Assembly (NCBI GenBank): GCA_965214405.1
Contig: OZ243956.1
Coordinates: forward strand, 448,001 to 512,000
DNA from: Trueperaceae bacterium
GTDB taxonomy: Bacteria; Deinococcota; Deinococci; Deinococcales; Trueperaceae
Length of the DNA: 64,000 nucleotides
Direction of reading: 5' to 3'
Numbering within the stretch: position 1 is the first letter of the stretch; every line of letters begins with the position of its first letter. Under the pieces are notes generated by a model. The model had not been told where the DNA came from. It saw only the letters and a list, made by a program, of their open reading frames with translations, and ran no database searches. The translations under genes were made by a program, and so were the position numbers. This document shows, in pieces, positions 39,754 to 48,700 of this stretch.

Positions 39754-41973
39754 ATGACCGACACGCTGACGCCCCCCCTCGTTCACGACCCCCGCCCCGC
39801 CCCCCGCTGGGTCGTGCGCCCGCCCGCGCCCCCCAAGGCGGTGCGGCGGCTCGCGCGCGACATGAGCGTCCCGCCTCTCTTAGCGAGCGTGCTGTGGGGA
39901 CGAGGCCTGTACGACGAGGCAATCAACGCGCTGCACCCGCCCCTGGAACTCACCAAGATTCCCGCGCTTACAGAGGCGGCGGAGAGGCTCGAGCGCGCCC
40001 TGCGCACCAAAAAACGCATCCTCATCCACGGCGACTACGACGCCGACGGGATGAGCGGCACCGCGGTGTTGACGCTTGGCTTACGCGCCTTGGGCGGCAA
40101 CGTCACCCCGTTTTTGCCCAACCGCCTCACCGACGGCTACGGCGTCTCGCCGCGGCGCGTCGCGGAGCACTGTGAAAACGCCGATTTATTCATCACCGTG
40201 GACTGCGGCATCAGCAACAGGCGCGAGGTCGAGGCGTTGCAAGCGGCGGGCGTCGAGGTCATCGTGACCGACCACCACCACCCCGGCCAGGTGCTGCCCC
40301 CGTGTCTGGTGGTCCACCCTACCCACGCGGACGAGGCGCGACCCGGACGGCCCGAACTCACCGGGGCGGGGGTGGCGTACCACCTTCTGTGGGCGCTCCA
40401 CGAACGGCTGGGGCTCGAGCCCCCCGCCGAATACAGCGACCTAGCGAGTATCGGCACCATCGCCGACGTCGCGCCGCTCATGGGCGAGAACCGCGCGCTC
40501 ATCCAAGAAGGTCTCGCCCGGCTCGCGGACTCGAAGTGGCCGGGCTTACGCGCGACGCTCTCGCGTACCCTCGCTTCGCGCGCGCCGACAGCTCGTGACG
40601 TGGCTTTCGTGCTCGCCCCGCGCCTCAACGCGGCGGGGCGCTTGGGGGAGGCCGAGCTGGGCTTGGAACTCCTCACCACCGCCTCGGAGCGGCGCGCGAA
40701 GGAGTTGGCGGCCTACTTAGACGCGCGCAACGGCGACCGCCGCAAAATTCAAGACGCGATGTTTCAGGACGCGCTTACGCGCGCCGACCCGGACGCGCCC
40801 GCGCTGGTGCTCGAGCACCCCGACTGGCACCCCGGCGTGATGGGCATCGTGGCGAGCAAGCTTCTGGAGCGTTTTTACAAACCTGTATTTATCATCGCCA
40901 AGGGCAAAGGCTCGGTCCGCTCGACGCCGGGCATCTCGGCGGTTGAGGGGCTTTATTACGCGCAGGACCACTTAGAGCGCTTCGGCGGTCACTCGCAGGC
41001 GGCGGGCTTCGGCATCCGCGAGGAGAATGTGTCGGGGTTTCGGGAGAGCATTTTCGGCTACGTAAAAGGCTTTCCCACGCCGCGCCCGCTCGTTTTGGCT
41101 GACGCGCTGCTGACGAGTTCGGACATCGACGCCGACCTTTACGGAGCGGTGGGAACGCTCGAGCCCTACGGCCAGGGCCACCCCGCGCCGCTTTTTGCGC
41201 TTACCGACACGTTGGAGCACGCTCGAGCGGTGGGCAAGGAGGGCGCGCATTTGCAACTGCGCGTGGCGGGCGTCAAGGGCGTGTCGTGGGGCCGGGGTCA
41301 CGAGGCGCGCGGCTTAGATGTAGGAAGCTCCATAAACGCCGCGGTAAGCATCCGTGAAAATGAGTGGCAGGGGAAAAAGAGTCTGGAATTTCTCGCCGAG
41401 GCGTTGCGACCCGCGGAGCCTTTGGGGTTTGAGACCTCTTTAGACGCGCCCCACCTCATCCGAGGCCGCCCCCAGGAGAGCGTGCCGCGTTATGACGGCG
41501 GCTCACTCGAGAGTTTTGCGGACGCACTTTGGCTCCGTGATGTGCCGTTGGGGGACGCGCCGCTCGAGGTAACAGGGCCGCTTCACACCCTGGTAACGTC
41601 GGGCGCAATCCTTTATTTTGATTTGCGAATCTCTGCGTTGGAGCGGCTCGAGACCGCCGCCGCCCGTTACCCCACGGTCGGAGAGTTGCGCGGGGCTTTC
41701 GTTTATCTTTCACGAGGTCAGAGACCGCCGTTTGAGGAGGGTAAGCTCGAGCTTTGCAAGCGGGCGTTGGAGGAGTTGGAGCTTTTGGACGCGCGCGGCA
41801 GGCCGCTTCGGGGACAAAAGCGCGACCCCTACACCTCCGACACGCTCCTCGCCGGGCTTGTGGAGCGTTACAAGCTGCGCACGCTTCTCAAAGCCTACCG
41901 CGGCTTTGACGACGCGGCCTTCTCGCACACGGTGGTGACGCTTTTTGGTGAGCCTTTCACAAAAGTAGATTGA
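39754..41973 (+). CDS. recJ: Single-stranded-DNA exonuclease RecJ
   Basis: HGDYDADG, ITVDCG, TDHH, GTIADV, PRLNAAGR, GGH..AAG; Deinococcus/Thermus-type C-terminal extension. Confidence 0.95.
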   Translation: MTDTLTPPLVHDPRPAPRWVVRPPAPPKAVRRLARDMSVPPLLASVLWGRGLYDEAINALHPPLELTKIPALTEAAERLERALRTKKRILIHGDYDADGMSGTAVLTLGLRALGGNVTPFLPNRLTDGYGVSPRRVAEHCENADLFITVDCGISNRREVEALQAAGVEVIVTDHHHPGQVLPPCLVVHPTHADEARPGRPELTGAGVAYHLLWALHERLGLEPPAEYSDLASIGTIADVAPLMGENRALIQEGLARLADSKWPGLRATLSRTLASRAPTARDVAFVLAPRLNAAGRLGEAELGLELLTTASERRAKELAAYLDARNGDRRKIQDAMFQDALTRADPDAPALVLEHPDWHPGVMGIVASKLLERFYKPVFIIAKGKGSVRSTPGISAVEGLYYAQDHLERFGGHSQAAGFGIREENVSGFRESIFGYVKGFPTPRPLVLADALLTSSDIDADLYGAVGTLEPYGQGHPAPLFALTDTLEHARAVGKEGAHLQLRVAGVKGVSWGRGHEARGLDVGSSINAAVSIRENEWQGKKSLEFLAEALRPAEPLGFETSLDAPHLIRGRPQESVPRYDGGSLESFADALWLRDVPLGDAPLEVTGPLHTLVTSGAILYFDLRISALERLETAAARYPTVGELRGAFVYLSRGQRPPFEEGKLELCKRALEELELLDARGRPLRGQKRDPYTSDTLLAGLVERYKLRTLLKAYRGFDDAAFSHTVVTLFGEPFTKVD

Positions 41974-41985
41974 GTTGTTGTTCGC

Positions 41986-42750
41986 GTGTCTAACGTAGAC
42001 CAAAGTACGCTAACTTACGACACCTACGGTTCAGGCTTTCCTCTGTTGCTGCTCCACGGCGCTTTAGTGAGCCGGGCAATGTGGGAGCCCCAGCTCGAGG
42101 CTTTCAGCCGAAGCTACCAGGTCATCGTTTGCGATTTGCCCGCACACGGAAGTTCCGCCGATGTAACAGGGGACTACAGCATCACCGAGGTGGGTCGGCA
42201 GGTTATGAACTTGCTCAACAAACTTCGGATAGACCGCCTGCACCTTTGCGGTCACTCTCTCGGCGGCATGGTCGCCCAACATCTTGCCGCCACCCACCCC
42301 AAGCATATCGGGAAACTCGTGTTGGCGGAAACAGCGTTCGGGACGCGGAATTCGTTTGCTGAGCGTTTACAAACAGCCGCGGCGCGCCCGTTCTTAAAGC
42401 TGACGCCGCAGCGCACCCTGGTTGCCTTGTCAGCGAAACGTTACGGCTCACTCAACCAGGAGGTCGCCTCTTTCATTGAACGGGAAATGAGCGCGTACGA
42501 CCACCGCACGAGCTTTCGCGTTATGAGCGCCGCCTTCGGTTACGCTGGCAAAGCAGCACTCGCCTACATAGAAGCGCCAACCCTCGTCTTGATGGCGGGT
42601 GAAAATAAGCAGACCCATATTCAAGGTGAACAGCTCGCTCGGTTAATTCCGGATGCTCGGCTTGTTATCGTTCCTCACGCGCATCATCTTCTCAACGTTG
42701 ATAACCCCGAATTTTTTAACCGCGCCGTTCTGAGTTTTTTACAAAGCTGA
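41986..42750 (+). CDS. Alpha/beta hydrolase
   Basis: LLLHG, DLPAHG, GHSLGG, C-terminal HLLN. Confidence 0.88.
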   Translation: MSNVDQSTLTYDTYGSGFPLLLLHGALVSRAMWEPQLEAFSRSYQVIVCDLPAHGSSADVTGDYSITEVGRQVMNLLNKLRIDRLHLCGHSLGGMVAQHLAATHPKHIGKLVLAETAFGTRNSFAERLQTAAARPFLKLTPQRTLVALSAKRYGSLNQEVASFIEREMSAYDHRTSFRVMSAAFGYAGKAALAYIEAPTLVLMAGENKQTHIQGEQLARLIPDARLVIVPHAHHLLNVDNPEFFNRAVLSFLQS

Positions 42751-42877
42751 GCGCCGCTGTAAAGTTTGCTACCGCTCAACCGTTGCTGCGGTACTTTACG
42801 GTTCATAGCGCAAAGCAGGACGAGGCGTGTAGCACCACCTCCCCCGCCTCTCACAAAACGCGTGCCATACTCTAGTC

Positions 42878-45823
42878 ATGACGCGCCCCGCCGAACACGC
42901 TCCTCACGCCCAAAATGAAGCTGACGCCACGCCCGACTTTAGGCACGACTCGAGCTTGTTGGAGCGTGTCGCCAACGAACTCAAGTGGAAAGTCGAGGGC
43001 GAGGTGCGCTTTGACGAGCGGGCTCGAGCCCTCTACGCCACCGACGCGTCTCCCTACGAAATCAAGCCCTACGGCGTGGTGCTGCCCAAGACGGTTGAGG
43101 ACATCGGACACGTGCTGGAAACGGCGAACCGCCACGGCCTGCCCGTCTTGCCCCGCGGCGGCGGCACGAGCTTGGCGGGCCAGACGGTGGGCGAGGCCAT
43201 CGTGCTGGACGTGTCAAAGTATCTCACCGAGATCTTGGAGTTCAACCCCGAAAAACGCCTTGTAAGGGTGCAGCCGGGGGTGGTGCGCGATACGCTCAAC
43301 GCGTTTTTGAAGCCGCACAAGTTGCAGTTCACCCCGGACGTCTCGACCACGAACCGCGCCAACGTGGGCGGGATGGTGGCGAACAATTCGGCGGGCACGA
43401 GGAGCATCAAGTACGGCAAGTCGGTGGACCAGGTTGTCAAGATGACGGTGATGCTGGCGGACGGCACCATCACCGAGTTGCGCGAACTGTCGGCGGAGGA
43501 GCTTGAGGGCAAGCTCGAGCTGGACACGCTCGAGGGCACCATCTACCGCACCGTCCACAGAATAATTACCGAGCACGAGGACGAAATTGAGGCGCGTTTT
43601 CCAAAAGTGATGCGGCGGGTGGGCGGCTACAACTTGGATGAACTCACGGGCGGCAAGCCCTTCAACTTAGCCAAGCTCGTCGCGGGCTCCGAGGGGACGC
43701 TGGCCGTCATCTTAGACGTGACGCTAAAGCTTGCCCCGGTGCCGAGTCATAAGTGTTTGGCGCTCCTGCACTTCGACACGCTCCACAAGGCGCTCAGCGC
43801 GGTGCAGCATGTAAACCGGCACGGCCCCTCCGCGGTCGAAATCATGGACGATGTGCTTTTCGGGTTGGGCAAGAAGAACCCTAACTTAGAGCCTCTGCTG
43901 TGGTGGTTGGAGGGCGACCCCGCCGCCGTCCTGATGGTCGAGTTTGACGGTGAGAGCGAAGAGGAGATGCGCGCGGGGCTTGACGGGATGCAGGCCGACC
44001 CCGAAGTCTCGGCGCTGAGCTACCACACCCACCTCGCGCTGGATATGAAAGAGCAGGCGGAGGTGTTCGAGTTTCGTAAAGGCGGTTTGGGCATCTACGC
44101 GACCATCCGGGGCGACGATAAACCCACACCCTTCATCGAGGACCCGGCCATACCGCCCGAGAGCCTGCCCGACTACATCCCCGAGGTTTTGGAAGTCTGC
44201 AAAAAACATGGCGTCGAGGCGGTCATCTACGGCCACGCGTCGGTGGGCGTGCTCCACTGCCGCCCGCTGCTCGACCTCAAGACGGAAGCGGGCATCGAAA
44301 AGTTTCAAAAAATTAGCGAAGATACCTTTCAGCTCGTCAAAAAGTACGGCGGCTCCTGGAGCGGCGAGCACGGCGACGGCCTCATCCGCTCGTACCAGAA
44401 CCCGCACCTTTTCGGCCCGGTGCTGTATGAAGACTTCCGCGCGCTCAAACGCGCCTTTGACCCCAAAGGGCTCATGAACCCCGGCAAGATTGTGGACGCG
44501 CCGCCCATGACCGAAAATTTGCGCTACGGGACGGACTACCAAGTTCAACCCCTCGAGACTCACTTCGACTTTTCCAAAGACGGCGGCTTTTTGGGCGCGG
44601 TCGAGATGTGTACGGGCGTGGGCGCGTGCCGCAAGACGGACACCGGGACGATGTGCCCCTCCTACATGGCGACCCGCGACGAGGACCACTCGACCAGGGG
44701 CCGCGCCAACGCGCTCCGCGAGGCGATGAACGGGCGTTTGGCGGGCGGGCTCACCTCCAAGGAAGTGCATGACGTGCTCGACTTGTGCCTGGAGTGCAAG
44801 GCGTGCAAAGCCGAATGCCCCAGTCAGGTGGACATGGCGAAACTCAAGTACGAGTTTTTGCAGCACTATTATGATGAACACGGCACGCCTTTGTCGGCAA
44901 GGGCTCTCGGCCACGCCGCCACGGTGGCCCCCGTAGGCCGCGCGCTCGCGCCCTTCGCCAACCGCCTGCTGCCCCTCAAGCCCGTGCGCTGGCTTGTAGA
45001 AAAAACCGTCGGCGTGGACCGGCGGCGGGTCATGCCTGCCTACGCTTGGAGGTCGTTCGCAGGGTGGACGAAGCAGCATAAGGGCGCGGCAGGGGAAGAC
45101 AGACCTACCGTGGCCCTTTTTGCCGACACCTGGACGATGTACAACGAGCCTCAGGTGGGCGTCGCGGCGGTGAGGGTTTTAGAAGCCCTCGGCTACCGCG
45201 TCGAGCATGTTCCTTACCGCTGCTGTGGCCGTCCGCAAATCTCTAAGGGACTTCTGAGGGAGGCGAAAGGGCTAGCACAGGAGAATGTTCAAGCACTCTC
45301 CGGCTACGCAGAACGTGGAGTTCCGGTGGTCGGTCTCGAGCCCTCCTGCGTCACTGCCTTTGTAGACGACTACCGCGACTTGGTACCCGGTGGGGCGACC
45401 GAACGCGTGGCCCAGAACGTCAAGATGATTGACCAGTTTTTAGCCAAGGAGTGGACTTCTGGAAAGCTCGAGCCCGCCAAAGCCTTCCACCAAAACGGCA
45501 CTCCCATGATGTTCCACGGGCACTGTCAGCAGCGGGCGGTGATTGGCTCGAGCCCCTCCAAAGCGGTGCTCGGCTGGGTTTCAAAAGAGGTTTCCGAAGT
45601 CGATTCAGGCTGCTGCGGCATGGCGGGCTCGTTCGGCTACAGCCATCACGATGTGTCGATGGCGGTGGGCGAGCGCCGCTTGTTTCCGGCGGCCAGGGCA
45701 CATGAGGGCGAGGTCGTCGCCTGCGGCTTTTCGTGCCGTCATCAGATTAAAGACGGCACCGGCAAGAGAGCCAAGCACGTCGTGGAGGTGCTGGCGGAGG
45801 CGCTGCCGCAAACCTCCAGTTGA
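42878..45823 (+). CDS. FAD-binding and Fe-S-binding oxidoreductase (YdiJ/GlcD-F fusion type)
   Basis: PRGGGTSLAGQ, SGEHGDG, CTGVGAC, CLECKACKAECP, CCG motifs. Confidence 0.9.
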   Translation: MTRPAEHAPHAQNEADATPDFRHDSSLLERVANELKWKVEGEVRFDERARALYATDASPYEIKPYGVVLPKTVEDIGHVLETANRHGLPVLPRGGGTSLAGQTVGEAIVLDVSKYLTEILEFNPEKRLVRVQPGVVRDTLNAFLKPHKLQFTPDVSTTNRANVGGMVANNSAGTRSIKYGKSVDQVVKMTVMLADGTITELRELSAEELEGKLELDTLEGTIYRTVHRIITEHEDEIEARFPKVMRRVGGYNLDELTGGKPFNLAKLVAGSEGTLAVILDVTLKLAPVPSHKCLALLHFDTLHKALSAVQHVNRHGPSAVEIMDDVLFGLGKKNPNLEPLLWWLEGDPAAVLMVEFDGESEEEMRAGLDGMQADPEVSALSYHTHLALDMKEQAEVFEFRKGGLGIYATIRGDDKPTPFIEDPAIPPESLPDYIPEVLEVCKKHGVEAVIYGHASVGVLHCRPLLDLKTEAGIEKFQKISEDTFQLVKKYGGSWSGEHGDGLIRSYQNPHLFGPVLYEDFRALKRAFDPKGLMNPGKIVDAPPMTENLRYGTDYQVQPLETHFDFSKDGGFLGAVEMCTGVGACRKTDTGTMCPSYMATRDEDHSTRGRANALREAMNGRLAGGLTSKEVHDVLDLCLECKACKAECPSQVDMAKLKYEFLQHYYDEHGTPLSARALGHAATVAPVGRALAPFANRLLPLKPVRWLVEKTVGVDRRRVMPAYAWRSFAGWTKQHKGAAGEDRPTVALFADTWTMYNEPQVGVAAVRVLEALGYRVEHVPYRCCGRPQISKGLLREAKGLAQENVQALSGYAERGVPVVGLEPSCVTAFVDDYRDLVPGGATERVAQNVKMIDQFLAKEWTSGKLEPAKAFHQNGTPMMFHGHCQQRAVIGSSPSKAVLGWVSKEVSEVDSGCCGMAGSFGYSHHDVSMAVGERRLFPAARAHEGEVVACGFSCRHQIKDGTGKRAKHVVEVLAEALPQTSS

Positions 45824-45950
45824 ATGTCGCGGCTTCTTGTGGAGGTCGTCTGTAGCACGTCCTAAAGAGCGCAGACGGGTTTCCCCTTATAAAAGAGTGG
45901 AAACGCATGTTTCTTACACAAACTGATACGCAACCTGAAAGGGGCAAAAA

Positions 45951-46442
45951 ATGGACAGAACCATGCAAGGCACGAACACCCGGCGCTCGAGACAAACCGT
46001 CGCGTCGTACGACACCTACGCCGAAGCGCAGCGGGCGGTGGATTATCTCTCGGACGAAAAGTTTTCGGTCGAGCACGTCGCCATCGTCGCGGAAGGGTTG
46101 CGCTTCGTCGAGCAGGTGACGGGCAGGCTCAATTGGGGCCGCGCGCTCCTTAACGGCGCGTTGGGCGGCGCGGTCATCGGCGCGCTTATCGGTCTCTTTT
46201 TTGGGCTTTTTTCCGTGATCAACACCCTCTCAACCGCTCTCAGTCTCGCTTTTTACGGCCTCCTATTCGGCGCGGTCGTCGGCGCGATCATCGGCGTCGT
46301 CTCTTACGCCCTTACGGGCGGGCGGCGCGACTTTACCTCGGTGGGCGGGATGCAGGCCGAACGCTACAACGTAATGGTCGATAACGACGTGGCCGACGAG
46401 GCGGAGCGGCTGCTCGAGGGGCTGCCTGTCGCCAGGGCTTGA
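45951..46442 (+). CDS. General stress protein 17M-like membrane protein
   Basis: Y.EAQRAVDYLSD..F.VE...IV, GRRDFTS. Confidence 0.8.
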   Translation: MDRTMQGTNTRRSRQTVASYDTYAEAQRAVDYLSDEKFSVEHVAIVAEGLRFVEQVTGRLNWGRALLNGALGGAVIGALIGLFFGLFSVINTLSTALSLAFYGLLFGAVVGAIIGVVSYALTGGRRDFTSVGGMQAERYNVMVDNDVADEAERLLEGLPVARA

Positions 46443-46526
46443 CGCTGAGCGGGCTGTATTCGCTTCTCTGTTAGCTTTGGGGAGGTAAGGAGGTAAGATA
46501 ATTCTCTTTACCTCTCACTTTTTTGC

Positions 46527-47084
46527 CTAAAACGTAGAGAAAAATTCATTCAACGAAAGCGTCCAACCAGGCACAACCTCGCCACCTTCTAGGGTATCTC
46601 CTTGTGTTAGCGTTTGAATATCGTTGAGACCGTGGTGGACTTTGACGGTTTTTGTTTTAGGGTCGGCCACGATGACCAGGCGCGCGCCGTTCCTCAACCA
46701 GCTCTTTACCTTCTCCTCTACCTCGCTGTAAAGGTCACCTGGTGAAACTACTTCGGCGGCTAAGTCGGGAGGGCCGGGGAAAAAACCTTCGTTTCTGGTG
46801 ACGAGGGTCAAGCGTTCGGACGTAACAAAAGCGACATCGGGCGCGCGGACGGTGTCGGGGTCCGTGGCGAGAACGAAGCCTGTTTCGGCGGCGTACACCT
46901 TGCCAAGTTGGTTGGCCTTTACGTGCCCTCCCAAAGAAAGAGCTACATCGTGGGCTATGGAACCGTGAGTATGTCCGGCGGGTGGCGTCGTACGCAGTTC
47001 TCCCTCCACGAGTTCGTGGCGCATGTGGTCTTTAGAAAGCCTCTCTAACTCCTCCGCCGTCATGAGGCGCGGTCTGGTTGTCAC
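46527..47084 (-). CDS. Uma2 family endonuclease
   Basis: ELVEG, VRAPDVAFV, PDLAAEVVSP. Confidence 0.88.
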   Translation of the reverse strand: MTTRPRLMTAEELERLSKDHMRHELVEGELRTTPPAGHTHGSIAHDVALSLGGHVKANQLGKVYAAETGFVLATDPDTVRAPDVAFVTSERLTLVTRNEGFFPGPPDLAAEVVSPGDLYSEVEEKVKSWLRNGARLVIVADPKTKTVKVHHGLNDIQTLTQGDTLEGGEVVPGWTLSLNEFFSTF

Positions 47085-47165
47085 CTTGTCCTCCTTGGGC
47101 TATTTTAGCAGCCGGAGTCATTTTCCCGCTTCCGTTTAGAAAATAGTGCACTCGAGCCCACACCT

Positions 47166-47723
47166 CTAAAAACGCCCCACCGCCTCCAGCACCTCCCGGT
47201 AGAGTCTCGCTAAATCGTCAAGCTGATAGTGAGCGTTGAGCCCGCTCGGGTTCGGCAACACCCAAAGGGTCGTGTCGCCGATTTTCCGAGGCTGTCTCCC
47301 CGTCACCGCCTTACGCTCCTCGAACGCGGTTCGGTAAGCGCCGATGCCGAGCACTGCCAAAATTTGCGGGCGGTACTCTTTTACTTTGCGCTCGAGCTCT
47401 CCCCGTCCCGCCCTCAACTCCTCCGCCGACAGCTCGTCCGCCCGCGCCGTGGCGCGCGCCACCACGTTGGTGAGGCCGTAGCCAGCCTTCAGAAAAACCT
47501 CCCACTCCTCGGGCTTTAGGCGCCGCTCGGTAAAGCCCGCCCGGTGGAGCGTGGGCCAAAAGCGGTTGCCGGGCCGCGCAAAATGGTAGCCCACGACCGC
47601 CGAATAAAGGCTCGGGTTGATGCCGCAAAAGAGCACCCTGAGACCGGGGGCGATGGCGTCGGGGACGGTTCCGTCCTCCGCAGCCAAAAGCTCTTCTTGC
47701 GTGGGCTTATGCGCGCGCCCCAC
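47166..47723 (-). CDS. mug: G/U mismatch-specific DNA glycosylase
   Basis: FCGINP, HFARPGNRFW, LPNPSGLNAH. Confidence 0.92.
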   Translation of the reverse strand: MGRAHKPTQEELLAAEDGTVPDAIAPGLRVLFCGINPSLYSAVVGYHFARPGNRFWPTLHRAGFTERRLKPEEWEVFLKAGYGLTNVVARATARADELSAEELRAGRGELERKVKEYRPQILAVLGIGAYRTAFEERKAVTGRQPRKIGDTTLWVLPNPSGLNAHYQLDDLARLYREVLEAVGRF

Positions 47724-47727
47724 CCGC

Positions 47728-48588
47728 TTACTCCCCCTGGCTGAGCTTGCGCAGCGCGATTTGTTTGCATATCCCTTCGACGGAGAGGATAATCGAGCGC
47801 ATCAGCTCCGAGTCTTCGCGGTAGTCCACGGGCGCTAGGTTCTCCACCCGCCTGCCCGCGTGCATCCTTTCGTAACCCTCCCAGGCGTCCGTGTCGCCTT
47901 TGACGAGCCCCAGCGCGATCCCGCCGTGCTCATTAAGAAGCGAAAAGGCGGGCATGTCGCTCGAGCCGTCCCCCAGATAGATCACCTGCGACAGCGGGAT
48001 GTAAAGCTCTTCTTGCGGCACGTCGCGGTAGACGTCGCTGGGATGAACGCCCTCTTCTTGAGCGCCCAGGCCCTTGGAGAGTTGGAGCAGGTAGCGCGTT
48101 TTTTCGGGGTGGGTGACGAGCTGTTTGACAAAGCTGAAGTTGCCGTCGTCACCATAATGAAATTCGCAGCCCCACATTTGTTTGAATTCGCCTGCGATTG
48201 CCGTGCCCCGTGCGATTTCTAAGATGCCCGCCGACAGGAGGTAAAACTCGACCGTAACGTCCGGCACCACGGCGCGCGCCGCCCTTCTCACCCGGCCAAA
48301 CATCTCGGGCACGCCCTCGAACAGGCTGATGTCGCGGCCGACGCCCTCCAAAAATTCTTCGGTGATGGTTGGGGCGTTATCTTTGGAGAGCTCGAGCAGC
48401 CGGTAAAAGCGCGCCAGGCTCTCGTCCCAGCCCTCCTTGAGGAGCGGCTTCACCCGCTCCCGTTTGAACGTTTCTTCGTCATGCCCAAGGCGCTCTAAAA
48501 GTGTTCCGAAAGAGTCGGGGGCGAGCGTGTCGTCGAAGTCGAACACCAGGGCGACGCGGTTGTGGAAAGACTGGGTGGCGTGGGTCAT
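47728..48588 (-). CDS. HAD-superfamily hydrolase
   Basis: FDFDDTL, LSAG, K, YLGDGSSDMP. Confidence 0.85.
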   Translation of the reverse strand: MTHATQSFHNRVALVFDFDDTLAPDSFGTLLERLGHDEETFKRERVKPLLKEGWDESLARFYRLLELSKDNAPTITEEFLEGVGRDISLFEGVPEMFGRVRRAARAVVPDVTVEFYLLSAGILEIARGTAIAGEFKQMWGCEFHYGDDGNFSFVKQLVTHPEKTRYLLQLSKGLGAQEEGVHPSDVYRDVPQEELYIPLSQVIYLGDGSSDMPAFSLLNEHGGIALGLVKGDTDAWEGYERMHAGRRVENLAPVDYREDSELMRSIILSVEGICKQIALRKLSQGE

Positions 48589-48700
48589 GGGTGAATTAAA
48601 CCATTTTCGGCTCCCGCATCCCGAAAAAGGGCGAAAACGGTGTGAAAAAGTCGTAGGTTTGGGAAGTTTGTAAGAGCGTTGTAAGAAAGAAGCGCGTATC

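Noticed and set aside
43886..45079. Long antisense ORFs (also 682..1569, 13351..14208, 21400..22434, 58652..59407)
   Set aside because: Shadow frames of well-supported genes in GC-rich DNA
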